A program made the translations under genes and the position numbers. DNA of 63,030 nucleotides, the filler included, from Octopus bimaculoides (Eukaryota), in NCBI RefSeq assembly GCF_001194135.2. It is 6 parts of 6 records of this genome, joined end to end, with 100 filler letters (N's around TTAATTAATTAA, not from the genome) between each part and the next. Parts side by side here need not be neighbours in the genome. Positions count along the whole stretch, not along the records: positions 1 to 21,073 come from NC_069002.1; positions 21,174 to 23,422 come from NW_026318555.1; positions 23,523 to 44,872 come from NC_068990.1; 3 more parts are not named here. One strand, 5' to 3'. Below, in pieces: positions 13,135 to 24,270 of this stretch (within the stretch, counting starts at the first letter, position 1; each line of letters opens with the position of its first letter). The notes beneath the pieces were generated by a model. That model did no database searches. It saw only the letters and a program-made list of their open reading frames with translations, and was not told the origin of the DNA.

Positions 13135-13545
13135 TTATCATCATCATCATCGTTTGACGTCCATTTTCCATGCTGGCATGGGTTGGACGGTTCGACTGGG
13201 GTCTGGGAAGCCAGGAGGCTGCACCAGACTCCAGTCTAATCTGGCAGTGTTTCTTCAGCTGGATGCCCTTCCTAACACCAAAAGCTGGCAACGACCTTGA
13301 TCAGTTGGTGCTTTTTACATGCCACCTGCACAGAAGCCAGTAAAGGCAGCACTGGCATCGGCCACATTCAGTTGGTGCTTTTTACATGCCACTAGCACAG
13401 GGGCCAGAGGGTTCTGGCAACGACCACGATTGGTTGGTGCTTTTTATGTGCCACCTGCACGGAAGCCAGTCAAGGCAGCACTGGCATTGGCCACATTCGG
13501 TTGGTACCTTTTACGTGCCACTGGCACAGGGATCACAACTACAAT
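13135..13545 (-). mobile_element. RTE 3'-tail copy
   Basis: (CAT)n followed by the RTE 3'UTR with four subrepeats of about 60 nt. Confidence 0.8.
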
Positions 13546-13619
13546 TTCCATTCGATTTTGAATATGCAAGATGATACAACTTTGTGAAAAGCTGTACAAT
13601 TACGGCTGCTTGAATAAGT

Positions 13620-13927
13620 AAAATATATTTTGTACTAGTCTCAGTGCCCCTGGACTGGCTTGTGTGGGTGGCACATAAAAGACACCATTTTGAGCGTGGC
13701 CGTTGCCAGTATCGCCTGACTGGCCTTCGTGCAGGTGACACGTAAAAGCACCTACTACACTCTCTGAGTGGTTGGCGTTAGGAAGGGCATCCAGCTGTAG
13801 AAACTCTGCCAAATTTAGATTGGAGCCTGGTGTTGCCATCCGGTTTCACCAGTCCTCAGTAAAGTCGTCCAACCCATGCTAGCATGGAAAGCGGACGTTA
13901 AACGATGATGATGATGATGATGATGAT
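13620..13927 (+). mobile_element. RTE 3'-tail copy, inverted relative to 13135-13545
   Basis: Near-perfect reverse complement of 8400-8625; ends in GGACGTTAAAC(GAT)n. Confidence 0.85.
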
Positions 13928-14201
13928 GTGTATATGTATTTTGCGTGCAATTGTGTGTATATATATTTCTTATATACTATTTATTTAGTGAGACATTTTC
14001 TATCATTTTTGTTCCAGTTAATTTTATACAGGTTTTCTGATTTTTCATTTGTTCTATTTGGTTGCCGGTCACTGTCATTTCTAAGAAGCTGAAGGTCAGA
14101 GAGCAGGAAAGTTTTTTTATGTTCTTTTCAAACCCATGAGAAAATTCTCAGCCATTTTTCTTTCTCATTAAAAGCAATAACATATTTTTATATCATTTCA
14201 G

Positions 14202-14265
14202 TATTCACAGCTAACATTTTCATGAAAAGAGAACCATTGACTTGTCTACATTATACGTATCTCAG
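14202..14265 (+). CDS. Candidate internal exon (64 nt, phase 1 to 2), unknown protein
   Basis: Acceptor catatttttatatcatttcag|TA and donor CTCAG|gtattt. Only one frame is open: FTANIFMKREPLTCLHYTYL. Confidence 0.35.
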
Positions 14266-14274
14266 GTATTTTCA

Positions 14275-16351
14275 AGGTCAAATAAAAGCAATCATTTTAT
14301 AGGTATTACATTAACAATGGCCAGGTAAAGGTAATCATTTCATAGGTATTACATTAACAATGGCCAGGTAAAGGTAATCATTTCATAGGTATTATATTAA
14401 TTCGGAATGGCCAGGTAAAGCTAATAATCATTTTATAGGTATTATATTAATTCAGAATGGCCAGGTAAAGGTAATCATTTTATAGGTATTGTGGTAATTA
14501 GCAGTGGTCAGGAAAAGGTAATCATTTTATAGGTATTATATTTATTCAGAATGGCCAGGTAAAAGTAACCATTCCATAAGTATTTTGGTAATTAGCAGTG
14601 GCAGGTAAAGGTAATCATTTTATATAGGTATTGTGGTAATTAGCAGTGGTCAGGTAAAGGTAATCATTTTTAGGGTTATATTAATTCAGAATGGCCAGGT
14701 AAAAGTAATCATTTTATTGGTATTATATTATTTCAGAATGGCCAGGTAAAAGTAATTATTTTATAGGTATTGTGGTAATTAGCAGTGGCCAGGTAAAGGT
14801 AATCATTTTATAGGTATTATATTTATTCAGAATGGCCAGGTAAAAGTAACCATTCCATAAGTATTTTGGTAATTAGCAGTGGCAGGTAAAGGTAATCATT
14901 TTATAGGTATTGAGGTAATTAGCAGTGGTCAGGTAAAGGTAATCCTTTTATAGGGTTATATTAATTTAGAATGGCCAGGTAAAAGTAATTATTTTATAGG
15001 TAGTATATTAATTCAAAATGGCCAGGTAAAGGTAATAATTGTATAGGTATTGTGGTAATTAACAATGGCTAGGTAAAGGTAATCATTTTATAGGCATTAT
15101 ATTAATTCAGAATAGCCAGGTAAAGGTAATCATTGCATAGGTATTGTGGTAATTATGAGGTGTCAGTTAAAGGTAATCATTTTATAGGTATTGTGGTAAT
15201 TAGCAGTGGTGAGGAAAAGATAATCATTTTATAGGTATTGTGGTAATTAGCAGTGGTCAGGTAAAGGTAATCATTTTATAGGTATTATATTTATTCAGAA
15301 TGGCCAGGTAATGGTAATCATTGTATGGGTATTGTGGTAATTAGCAGTGGCCAGGTAAAGGTAATTATTTTATAAGTATTATAGTAATTCGGAATGGCCA
15401 GGTAAATGTAATCATTGTATAGGTATTGTGGTAATTAGCAGTGGTCAGGCAAAGGTAATCATTTTATAGGCATTATATTAATTCAGAATGGCCAGGTAAT
15501 GGTAATCATTTTATAGGTATTCTGGTAATTTGCAGTGGTCAGGTAAAGGTAATCATTTTATAGGCATTATATTAATTCAGAATGACCAGGTAAAGGTAAT
15601 CATTTTATAGGTATTATATTAATTAAGAATGGTTTGGTAAAAGTAACCATTCTATAAGTATTTTGGTAATTAGCAGTGGCAGGTAAAGGTAATCATTTTA
15701 TAGGTATTGTGGTAATTAGCAGTGGTCAGGTAAAGTTAATCATTTTATAGGTCTTATATTAATTTGGAATGGCCAGGTAAAGGTAATCATTGCATAGGTA
15801 TTGTGGTAATAATTAGCAGTGATCAGGTAAAGGTAATCATTTTATAGGTATTATATTAATTCAGAATGGCCAGGCAAATGTAATCATTTTATAGGTATTG
15901 TGGTAATAATTAGCAGTGATCAGGTAAAGGTAATCATTTTATTGGTATTGTGGTAATTTGCAGTGGCCAGGTAAAGGTAATCATTTTATAGGTATTATAT
16001 TAATTCAGAATGGCCAGGTAAAGGTAATAATTGTATAGGTATTGTGGTAATTAACAATGTCTAGGTAAAGGTAATTATTTTGTATTTATTGTGGTAATTA
16101 ACAGTGGCCAGATAAAGGTAATTGTTTTATAGTTATTATATTAATTAACAATAGTTAGGTAAAAGTAATTATTTTATATTTGTTGTGGTAATTAGCAGTG
16201 GCTAGGTAAAATAATCATTTGATAGGTACTATATTAATCAACAATGGCTAGGTAAAAGTAATTATTTTATATGTATTTTGGTAATTAGCTGTGGCCAGGT
16301 AAAGGTAATCATTTTATAGGTAAGTAGTAATTTACAGTAGAAAGGTAAAGG
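14275..16351. repeat. 47-bp tandem satellite, about 44 units, with two variant types and higher-order structure
   Basis: Core GGCCAGGTAAAGGTAATCATTTTATAGGTATT is followed by either ATATTAATTCAGAAT or GTGGTAATTAGCAGT. The period measured 47 nt (15255, 15302, 15349). Confidence 0.95.
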
Positions 16352-16591
16352 CTCAGATATGATAAATCACTAATAGCAACAACTAAACCAGGTGTAGTGT
16401 TTCTTTGTTCACCAGTCAGGTGAGTTGATGTTGCTATCACCCGTTCTTTCTGCAATTTCACTGAAAGGCCATGACCCTATACCAAACATTCAAGCTAGAA
16501 CAACAGTCCTCACTCTCACCTCTGCCTTCCCCCTACACCCATAGTTTACCTGATTCATTTTTATAAGCAATAACAGGTGACATGATTTCAG

Positions 16592-16628
16592 GGTATTGTT
16601 TGTTGGGTTTGGACAACTTGTTGATACT
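16592..16628 (+). CDS. Candidate internal exon (37 nt), unknown protein
   Basis: Acceptor catgatttcag|GG and consensus donor ACT|gtaagt. The phase-2 frame gives (R)VLFVGFGQLVDT, compatible with exon 14202-14265. Confidence 0.35.
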
Positions 16629-16959
16629 GTAAGTCCAAAGCGTGTGTTCGTCTCTATGTGTATGTATGTGTGTTAGTGAGTGTGTTTAAGTATCCATAAA
16701 TGTGTCTGTGTTAGTGTGTGTGTGTACGTTTGTATTTGTATGTTTGTGTGTGTTTGTGTGTGTGTGTGTTTTTGTATGTGAATGTGTGTTTGTGTCTGTG
16801 TGTGTGTTTTAATGTGTGTGCATTACTGCATATGTGTAAGTATGTGAAAGTATGTGTGTGTATGGAAGTGTGTGTGTATGGAAGTGTGTGTGTATGAATG
16901 TGTGTGCATTACTGCATATACCAAACAGAAGAATATTAGCACTTTTGACCCCTGATTCT

Positions 16960-17630
16960 CCTTAATTTCAAAGTTCCAATCGGCTTGAGATGTTTGTGGA
17001 GAAGGCACCGTTACTGAAGGAACTGCCCAGAAATGGTTTGCTTACTTTGAGGAGGAGAAATTCAATCCCACAGACTCTCCACATTTTGGTTGACCTGTTC
17101 AATTCATTGGAGACTGATTGATTGAACTCATCCATGACAATCCACATTAATCCACATTAGATTTCACCAAACAAGTGTCAAGGTGTTGACTAAAGTAACA
17201 CAACATCAGAGCTACATTTGTGCGAGACAATGATCTGCACTTTGTGAGATCGTAAAGGGTGGATCATGTTCAGCTAAAATACCAACTCGATGAGGCATCG
17301 CAGCTGAAACGCTCTGATAGGTAACATGGTGGGCTTCTTCAACACAGTAATGCTCACCACCACGTTGCTAATTTGACTAAAAAGGCTATTCAAGAGCTTG
17401 ATTAGGAAGTCTATCATGCCCACCATTTTCTCCTGATATAGCACCTTCTGACTATTGCTTTTCTTGGTTGCTTGCCAACAGTCTGTGAAGCATTTTGTTC
17501 AACAATGTTGTGGGAAGGAAAACACGGCTTGATGAAGCCTTCAGTAATTTCAAACATCAAGGTATTGACAAGGAAGTGGAACATTGACAAGAAAATATGA
17601 AACCTGAAGGAGAATATATTACTAATTGGT
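16960..17630 (+). mobile_element. mariner transposase remnant, internally deleted
   Basis: CGEGTVTEGTAQKWFAYF (HTH) near 16995-17050, and LLQHSNAHHHVANLTKKAIQEL...FSPDIAPSDY near 17335-17455. Confidence 0.7.
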
Positions 17631-17634
17631 TTTA

Positions 17635-17919
17635 AAGATTGTTTACCAACATAGCATGGCATTCCTGGTTTAGGATGAATGTTGCTGTAATTCAGCCTCT
17701 AGCTGAACAATTATTCTGTGTTGATGAAGGCAAATAACCCGGAAATTGTGATACACAGATATTGTTTTGAGCTGAGTGGGGGTGCTAGATTCCCTTGTTC
17801 GAAAATATAAGGACACAGATCATGTCATATAGCCAGATGGAAACCATGTCTCCTGGGGCTAAATTACAGCAACATTCGTCCTAAACCAGGACTGCCATGT
17901 TATATTGGCAAACAATCTT
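17635..17919. mobile_element. MITE with about 65-nt TIRs and TA flanks (Tc1/mariner-type)
   Basis: The left arm AAGATTGTTTACCAACATAGCATGGCATTCCTGGTTTAGGATGAATGTTGCTGTAATT matches the reverse complement of the right end; TA at 17633-17634 and 17920-17921. Confidence 0.8.
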
Positions 17920-18274
17920 TACTACAAAGTACTGTTGCTGAATATCTCTTGTGAGATTTAAAAATAGTAATTTTCTAATGATTGGTTTATTAAAATTGTT
18001 GATGAAAAATAAGGATGAAAATGAATGAATTCATGTCAACTGTGTGTGTGTGTGTGTGTGTGAGTGTGTGTGTGTGTGTGTAAGTGTGAGTGTATGCACA
18101 TATGTATATGTGCATATGTATATATATGTATATGTACATATGTATATATGTATATCTATGTATGCATGCATGTATCTATCTATCTTTCTCTCCCTCCCCC
18201 TCTCTCTCTATATATATGTGCATGAGTGTGTGTATACAGATATGTATGCATGTATATTTGTATATGTATGTATA

Positions 18275-19562
18275 CAGGGTGCAGTGAATAAATTGTTGTC
18301 TAAATTATGCAAAAGTGAGAATAACACTGACACTCCATTTTTACAGATATATTTACCAATATTACATAAAGATATCTTCAAATACTAGAGACTAAATCTA
18401 TTCAATAAAATTGCCATTGCCTTCAACCACACCTTCCAGACGAATTTGGAATCTCCTGCAACTCTTCTGGATGGTCTCCTTATTTAAGTTGGTGAATTCT
18501 GCCATAAACCTTGCCTTCAGTTAATCTTTGGTGTTACAAGGAATTTTGTTGGTCTCTCACTCAACTGCACCCCATGCATAATAATCAAGGGGGTTGCAGT
18601 CTGGGGAGTTAAGTGGCAAGATGTTAGGAGTGATGTGGTTGCAGAAATTGCCTGAGAGCCATGACTGGGTTCTCCTGCTTGTGTAGCATGGTGCAGAGTC
18701 CTGTTGCCAGACATAGGGTCTTCCAGCAGCCAATCTCTTGACCCAGGGCAGCACTACCTCCTCCAGACACTTGATGTAGGCCTCCGTGTTGAATCTGAGG
18801 CTATGTGGGAAGATGAATGGAGGCATAAAGTGGCCATCATTAGTGATCACTCCAAATACCATGATGTTGACTGGATGTTTGATTTTTATCACTCTTGGTT
18901 TATATTTTGGGGACATAGCGAGCCAATGATTGTTCTGTGTGTTCACCATCTGACCCTGGCAGAAATTTTTCTTATCTGAGAAAAATCAAAGTATGTTCAG
19001 TTGGAGGGGATGCCTGAGTTTGTTCAAAAGCTTTGTAGTATGGTCTTTCCTCTTGTCTTTGATGGCTTGAGAAAAAGATTGGCCCTTTCTCATTTTGTAT
19101 GAGGAATACCAAATGTCTTCATGCACTATCTGCCAATTAAAAAACTCAGACACCCTCATGTACCTGATTAACTTGGAGGGATCGTTGTCAATCATGGCCC
19201 AGATCTCACTAACAAATTCAGGAGTTCATTTCTTATGAGAACGATGAGAGTGACTTTTCCGAGCTGCCATACCTTCATTATCACCATTAGACTCATCCAA
19301 CTCTTTCCGAACCCTTGCACTGTCCTTAGATTGACACCCAGACACTCTGAAATGTTCATATTGGAGCCTCCGGCATGAATGCCAAGCAGTACAGCATCTT
19401 CTTTCCAAATTTCTGGCAGAGTGAATTGCATCATGGTGTTGTTTTTCTCACAGACGGTGCCCAACTGACCCTACTATACTGTGTAGGTGGCAAAATAAAA
19501 AAACACTGCAGATGCATGAAATCAAAAATGTAAAATGGTGACAATTGACCCATCGCACCCTG
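18275..19562 (-). mobile_element. maT (DD37D) Tc1/mariner-superfamily transposon, full length about 1.29 kb, degenerate
   Basis: TA-CAGGGTGC...GCACCCTG-TA ends. ORF pieces 19192-19464, 18986-19195 and 18557-18949. Motif WQQD-(37 aa)-DYYAWG has 37 residues between the 2nd and 3rd Asp. Confidence 0.9.
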
Positions 19563-19608
19563 TATATATGTGTGTGTGTGTGTGTGTGTTTGTGTGCGTG
19601 CGTGTGTG

Positions 19609-19651
<43 letters not shown>

Positions 19652-20322
19652 CAGAAATACAACCACATGCGGACCATTGGTGATTTTCCTTCTTCTTTCG
19701 ACTGTTCCCTTTCTCCTTTCTGATGAAGAACGATTAAAAACTCTCTACTTTTACCGAGCATAAAACTAATATAATTCTTGTGCATGTCCCCACGTTTGCT
19801 TTTTTTCTCTTTTCATTTTTTATTTGTTTTTTTAATTGTTTGTTCGTCGAATTGACTATTTACATCTATATCTCTATCTATATCTATATCTATATATATA
19901 TGTATATAGATATAGATAAATGGTGTTTCCTGTAATCACCATTTTAGTACCAGCAAAAAAAGGAAGATATGTATTTGAATTTTTCTTGTTATATATCACA
20001 TTTAAATACAGTCAATTTTATTCTGATGTTTAATCTTATATCTCACATTCTGTATTTGATATATACTTGATTTTACATGATTGATATATATACTAATTCA
20101 TATTTATAATGTATAATTTATAAATTTTGATTCTTAATATTACAAAGTATTATTTTTAATTTTTAATTCTTAATTTTTAATCTTTAAAGCTTAATTGTAT
20201 TGCTTATTTTTTAAAGAGATGTAAAATTAGATATATAATATTTTGAAAAAGAACCTGAAGATATGTTGGAATAATTGCAAATCTGACGATTGCATATATG
20301 TATTTATATTTGTATATCTATG

Positions 20323-20360
<38 letters not shown>

Positions 20361-20844
20361 TTAGATACATATATATATATATATATATTTATATATTTAT
20401 ATATATATGTGCACACTCAGACACACATATGCATCTATATATGTATATTTATCCTCCTCCTCCTCCTCCTCCTTCTCCTCACCATCATCATCATCATTTA
20501 CCTCTGCATTCTAGCATGTGTAGAAATATCCTGGCTATTCATTATCGAAGAGAGCAAATCAGCTGGAAATATGGCATCTAGCAACACAGTAATGTCCTGA
20601 GCTGAACCTTGTGTTTTTAACAGTTAAATTCCTTTCATAACTTCCCTTTTATTGCACCCATAAGCTCTGCATTGTCTGCTCAATGTGGAAAACATAGCAA
20701 CAGCTTTGCCAAAGTGATCTCCTCATCTAGGTTGAAAATCCTCCGACGCTGGTCCCCCATGATGTGCATTCGTTGCACAAACCAGACTCCACACCACACA
20801 AACACATAACAACACAACTATTTTACCTGGAGTCTCTTCACTTT

Positions 20845-21024
20845 ATTTAACAGTGGCTGGGCAGTAAGAAGCTTGTTACCCAACCACATGGCTCTGGGAT
20901 CAGTTCCACTGAATGGCACCTTGGACAAGCATCTTCTACTATGGCCTTGGGCTGACCAAAGCTTTGTGAGTAGATTTGATAGATGGAAATTGAAAGAAGC
21001 CCATTGTGTGTGTGTGTGTGTATG

Positions 21025-21030
<6 letters not shown>
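20845..21030 (+). mobile_element. SINE family B 5' half
   Basis: GTGGCTGGGCAGTAAGAAGCTTG...GGCACCTTGGACAAGC...GAAAGAAGCCC followed by a TG tract. Confidence 0.8.
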
Positions 21031-21073
<43 letters not shown>

Positions 21074-21173
21074 NNNNNNNNNNNNNNNNNNNNNNNNNNN
21101 NNNNNNNNNNNNNNNNNTTAATTAATTAANNNNNNNNNNNNNNNNNNNNNNNNNNNNNNNNNNNNNNNNNNNN
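21074..21173. other. Assembly linker N44-TTAATTAATTAA-N44
   Basis: Exactly 100 nt; the 12-mer puts stop codons in all six frames. Confidence 0.95.
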
Positions 21174-21209
<36 letters not shown>

Positions 21210-21599
21210 ACACACACACACAGTTGTAAAGGTGCCCGCCCATACACATGCCCATAAGCACACACATACATATGTAGGGAAAAACAGTGCAAATAAATAT
21301 ATTAGCATACATTAATCATATGTATGTACCAACGGCGTACAAGTGTGCATGTAAATTAACTGGCTGAGTATAGAGAAGATAGAATGACATTTCTAAGGTT
21401 AGTTAGTTTGACAAATAGACATACGCACAGCTAATTTAGTATGTATGTGTATATATGTTTTTGTGCAGGTATGTAGATAGATAGATAAATATTTGCACGT
21501 GTACATAGACAGAATGACAAACAGATAGAAAATGATACAATGACAAATATTCATTTATATATATATATATAATATATACTTATATATATATGCATACAG

Positions 21600-21631
<32 letters not shown>

Positions 21632-21671
21632 TTACGACTATTGAAAAGACGCAACGAAAATGTTAGAAAAA

Positions 21672-21850
21672 AGGTGCAGGAGTGGTTGTGTGGTAAGTAG
21701 CTTGATTACCAACCACATGGTTCCGGGTTCAGATCCACTGTGTGGCACCTTGGGCAAGTGTCTTCTAGTATAGCTTCGAGCCGACAAAAGCTTTCTGTGT
21801 GGATTTGCTAGACAGAAACTGAAAGATGCCCGTCGTATATGTATATATAT
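21672..21850 (+). mobile_element. SINE family B 5' half
   Basis: AGGTGCAGGAGTGGTTGTGTGGTAAGTAGC...GGCACCTTGGGCAAGTGTC...GAAACTGAAAG. Confidence 0.85.
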
Positions 21851-22806
21851 ATATATATATACATACATATATACATACTTATATATATATATATATATAT
21901 ATTACGGAGATGCACTTGCATAGCAAGTGACCTGATCTGAGATCGTGTGCTGGAACGAAAACAATTGCAGCGTGGAAGGTGTTTATAAGCCATTTAAAAT
22001 AACACACAAAAGACGTCAGATTCACTTCAACATTTAAATTTAATTTGTCAAAATATTTTCGTAGCTTTGAGACCGCGACCTGTTCACTGACAAAATTCTG
22101 TGCTATATATATANNNNNNNNNNNNNNNNNNNNNNNNNNNNNNNNNNNNNNNNNNNNNNNNNNNNNNNNNNNNNNNNNNNNNNNNNNNNNNNNNNNNNNN
22201 NNNNNNNNNNNNNNNNNNNNNNNNNNNNNNNNNNNNNNNNNNNNNNNNNNNNNNNNNNNNNNNNNNNNNNNNNNNNNNNNNNNNNNNNNNNNNNNNNNNN
22301 NNNNNNNNNNNNNNNNNNNNNNNNNNNNNNNNNNNNNNNNNNNNNNNNNNNNNNNNNNNNNNNNNNNNNNNNNNNNNNNNNNNNNNNNNNNNNNNNNNNN
22401 NNNNNNNNNNNNNNNNNNNNNNNNNNNNNNNNNNNNNNNNNNNNNNNNNNNNNNNNNNNNNNNNNNNNNNNNNNNNNNNNNNNNNNNNNNNNNNNNNNNN
22501 NNNNNNNNNNNNNNNNNNNNNNNNNNNNNNNNNNNNNNNNNNNNNNNNNNNNNNNNNNNNNNNNNNNNNNNNNNNNNNNNNNNNNNNNNNNNNNNNNNNN
22601 NNNNNNNNNNNNNNNNNNNNNNNNNNNNNNNNNNNNNNNNNNNNNNNNNNNNNNNNNNNNNNNNNNNNNNNNNNNNNNNNNNNNNNNNNNNNNNNNNNNN
22701 NNNNNNNNNNNNNNNNNNNNNNNNNNNNNNNNNNNNNNNNNNNNNNNNNNNNNNNNNNNNNNNNNNNNNNNNNNNNNNNNNNNNNNNNNNNNNNNNNNNN
22801 NNNNNN

Positions 22807-22959
22807 AGGAAATCTCCAGACGTTTCCCAGATCCACAGCAAAACCAATAACAGATAACAGAAATTCCACTTTTTTGCCCCATTCCTCCCTTTCGGGTGGC
22901 TCGGATTTTGCAGCGGGTGGCTGCGTGTTTGCAGTTATGATAACATCCGATTTCTCCAT
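22807..22959 (-). CDS. SLC6A4: First coding exon (3'-truncated by assembly gap) of an SLC6 neurotransmitter:sodium symporter, serotonin-transporter-like
   Basis: Translates to [51 protein letters not shown], containing the SLC6 TM1 signature. DLGNVWRFP with G (rather than DLANVWRFP as in DAT/NET) favours the SERT clade. The ATG is in a strong Kozak context (GCACCATGG) with an in-frame TAG 15 nt upstream. Family call is strong; the paralog symbol is less certain. Confidence 0.85.
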
Positions 22960-23422
22960 GGTGCTTTGACCACACTAACTCGTAGACAGCTCGTTAAATT
23001 CTGGGTCCCAATCTAGATATGTGCCGATGTGTGGGTATGTCGGCTTGTGTGTGTGTGTGTGTGAGAGAGACAGAGAGAGAGAGAGACAGAGAGAGAGAGA
23101 GAGACAGAGAGAGCGTGCCTGTCAGTGCGTCAGAATAACACGTGAAAAGAATTACATTGGCAAAACTTTTAGGCCTGTGTGTGTGTGTGTGTGTGTGTAT
23201 GTGTGTGTATGTGTGTGTATGTGTGTATGTATGTGTGTATGTGTGCTAGTATATTCTAAGAGCTTACGTACGTGTATAGTGTATACATGTCTTTGTGGGA
23301 TGTGTGATTACGAGTATATACACATAAATATATTTGAGCATGTATATATATGCACATACATGCATATATATCATATATATGTATATGTATATATATAGAT
23401 GTATATATATATATATATATAG

Positions 23423-23522
23423 NNNNNNNNNNNNNNNNNNNNNNNNNNNNNNNNNNNNNNNNNNNNTTAATTAATTAANNNNNNNNNNNNNNNNNNNNNN
23501 NNNNNNNNNNNNNNNNNNNNNN
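23423..23522. other. Assembly linker N44-TTAATTAATTAA-N44
   Basis: Identical 100-nt structure. Confidence 0.95.
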
Positions 23523-23967
23523 AGTAGTAGTATTAATTATTACTTATTATGCGTTACTTACTTCCTTGTTGACGGGAGTGGCATTGGTGGTACTGGAAAA
23601 AGGCGGGCAGTGCTATTTTTTTTTTCTTTTATTACAATTGTTATTCTTTGTATGATCCTTATTATCATGGTTGTCTTTCAGTTTCATTATTATTCCCATT
23701 ATATTGTTTTAGTTGTTGTTGCTATTGTTGTTTTTGTTTTTGTTGTTGTTGTTGTTGTTGTTCTTGTAGTTGTTGTTGTTGTTGCTGTTGTTATCGTCGT
23801 CGCCCTTGCTCCCAGTTCGTCTATTTGTCTGAGTGACGTGATACTAACCAAAGACAATTCAATTAAGCGCCGCCATACCCATTGATTTTCTATAAGACAC
23901 GTGATGCACTTTTGAAGTCGTTCATATTGGAAAATGTCCGACACTTGAGAGATAACATCCACCATCA

Positions 23968-24016
<49 letters not shown>

Positions 24017-24220
24017 TCTTTCTCCTTCTCTTTCTTTCTTTCTTTCTTTCTTTCACTGTCTCTGTCTTTCAGTTTCCTCTATCATCATTTGGCATTTTCC
24101 TATCAATTTTCAAACAACTATAAAAAAAAACCCAATAAGGAAAACGAAACAAAAAAGAAAAACAAAAAATATCAACGCATAGAAAGAGTGTAAGTATGAA
24201 TATATATAAGNNNNNNNNNN

Positions 24221-24270
<50 letters not shown>

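Noticed and set aside
14275-16351. CRISPR-like array (constant repeat plus variable segment)
   Set aside because: The variable segments are only two recurring 15-nt types rather than unique spacers, the core itself drifts, no cas genes are present, and the context is eukaryotic.
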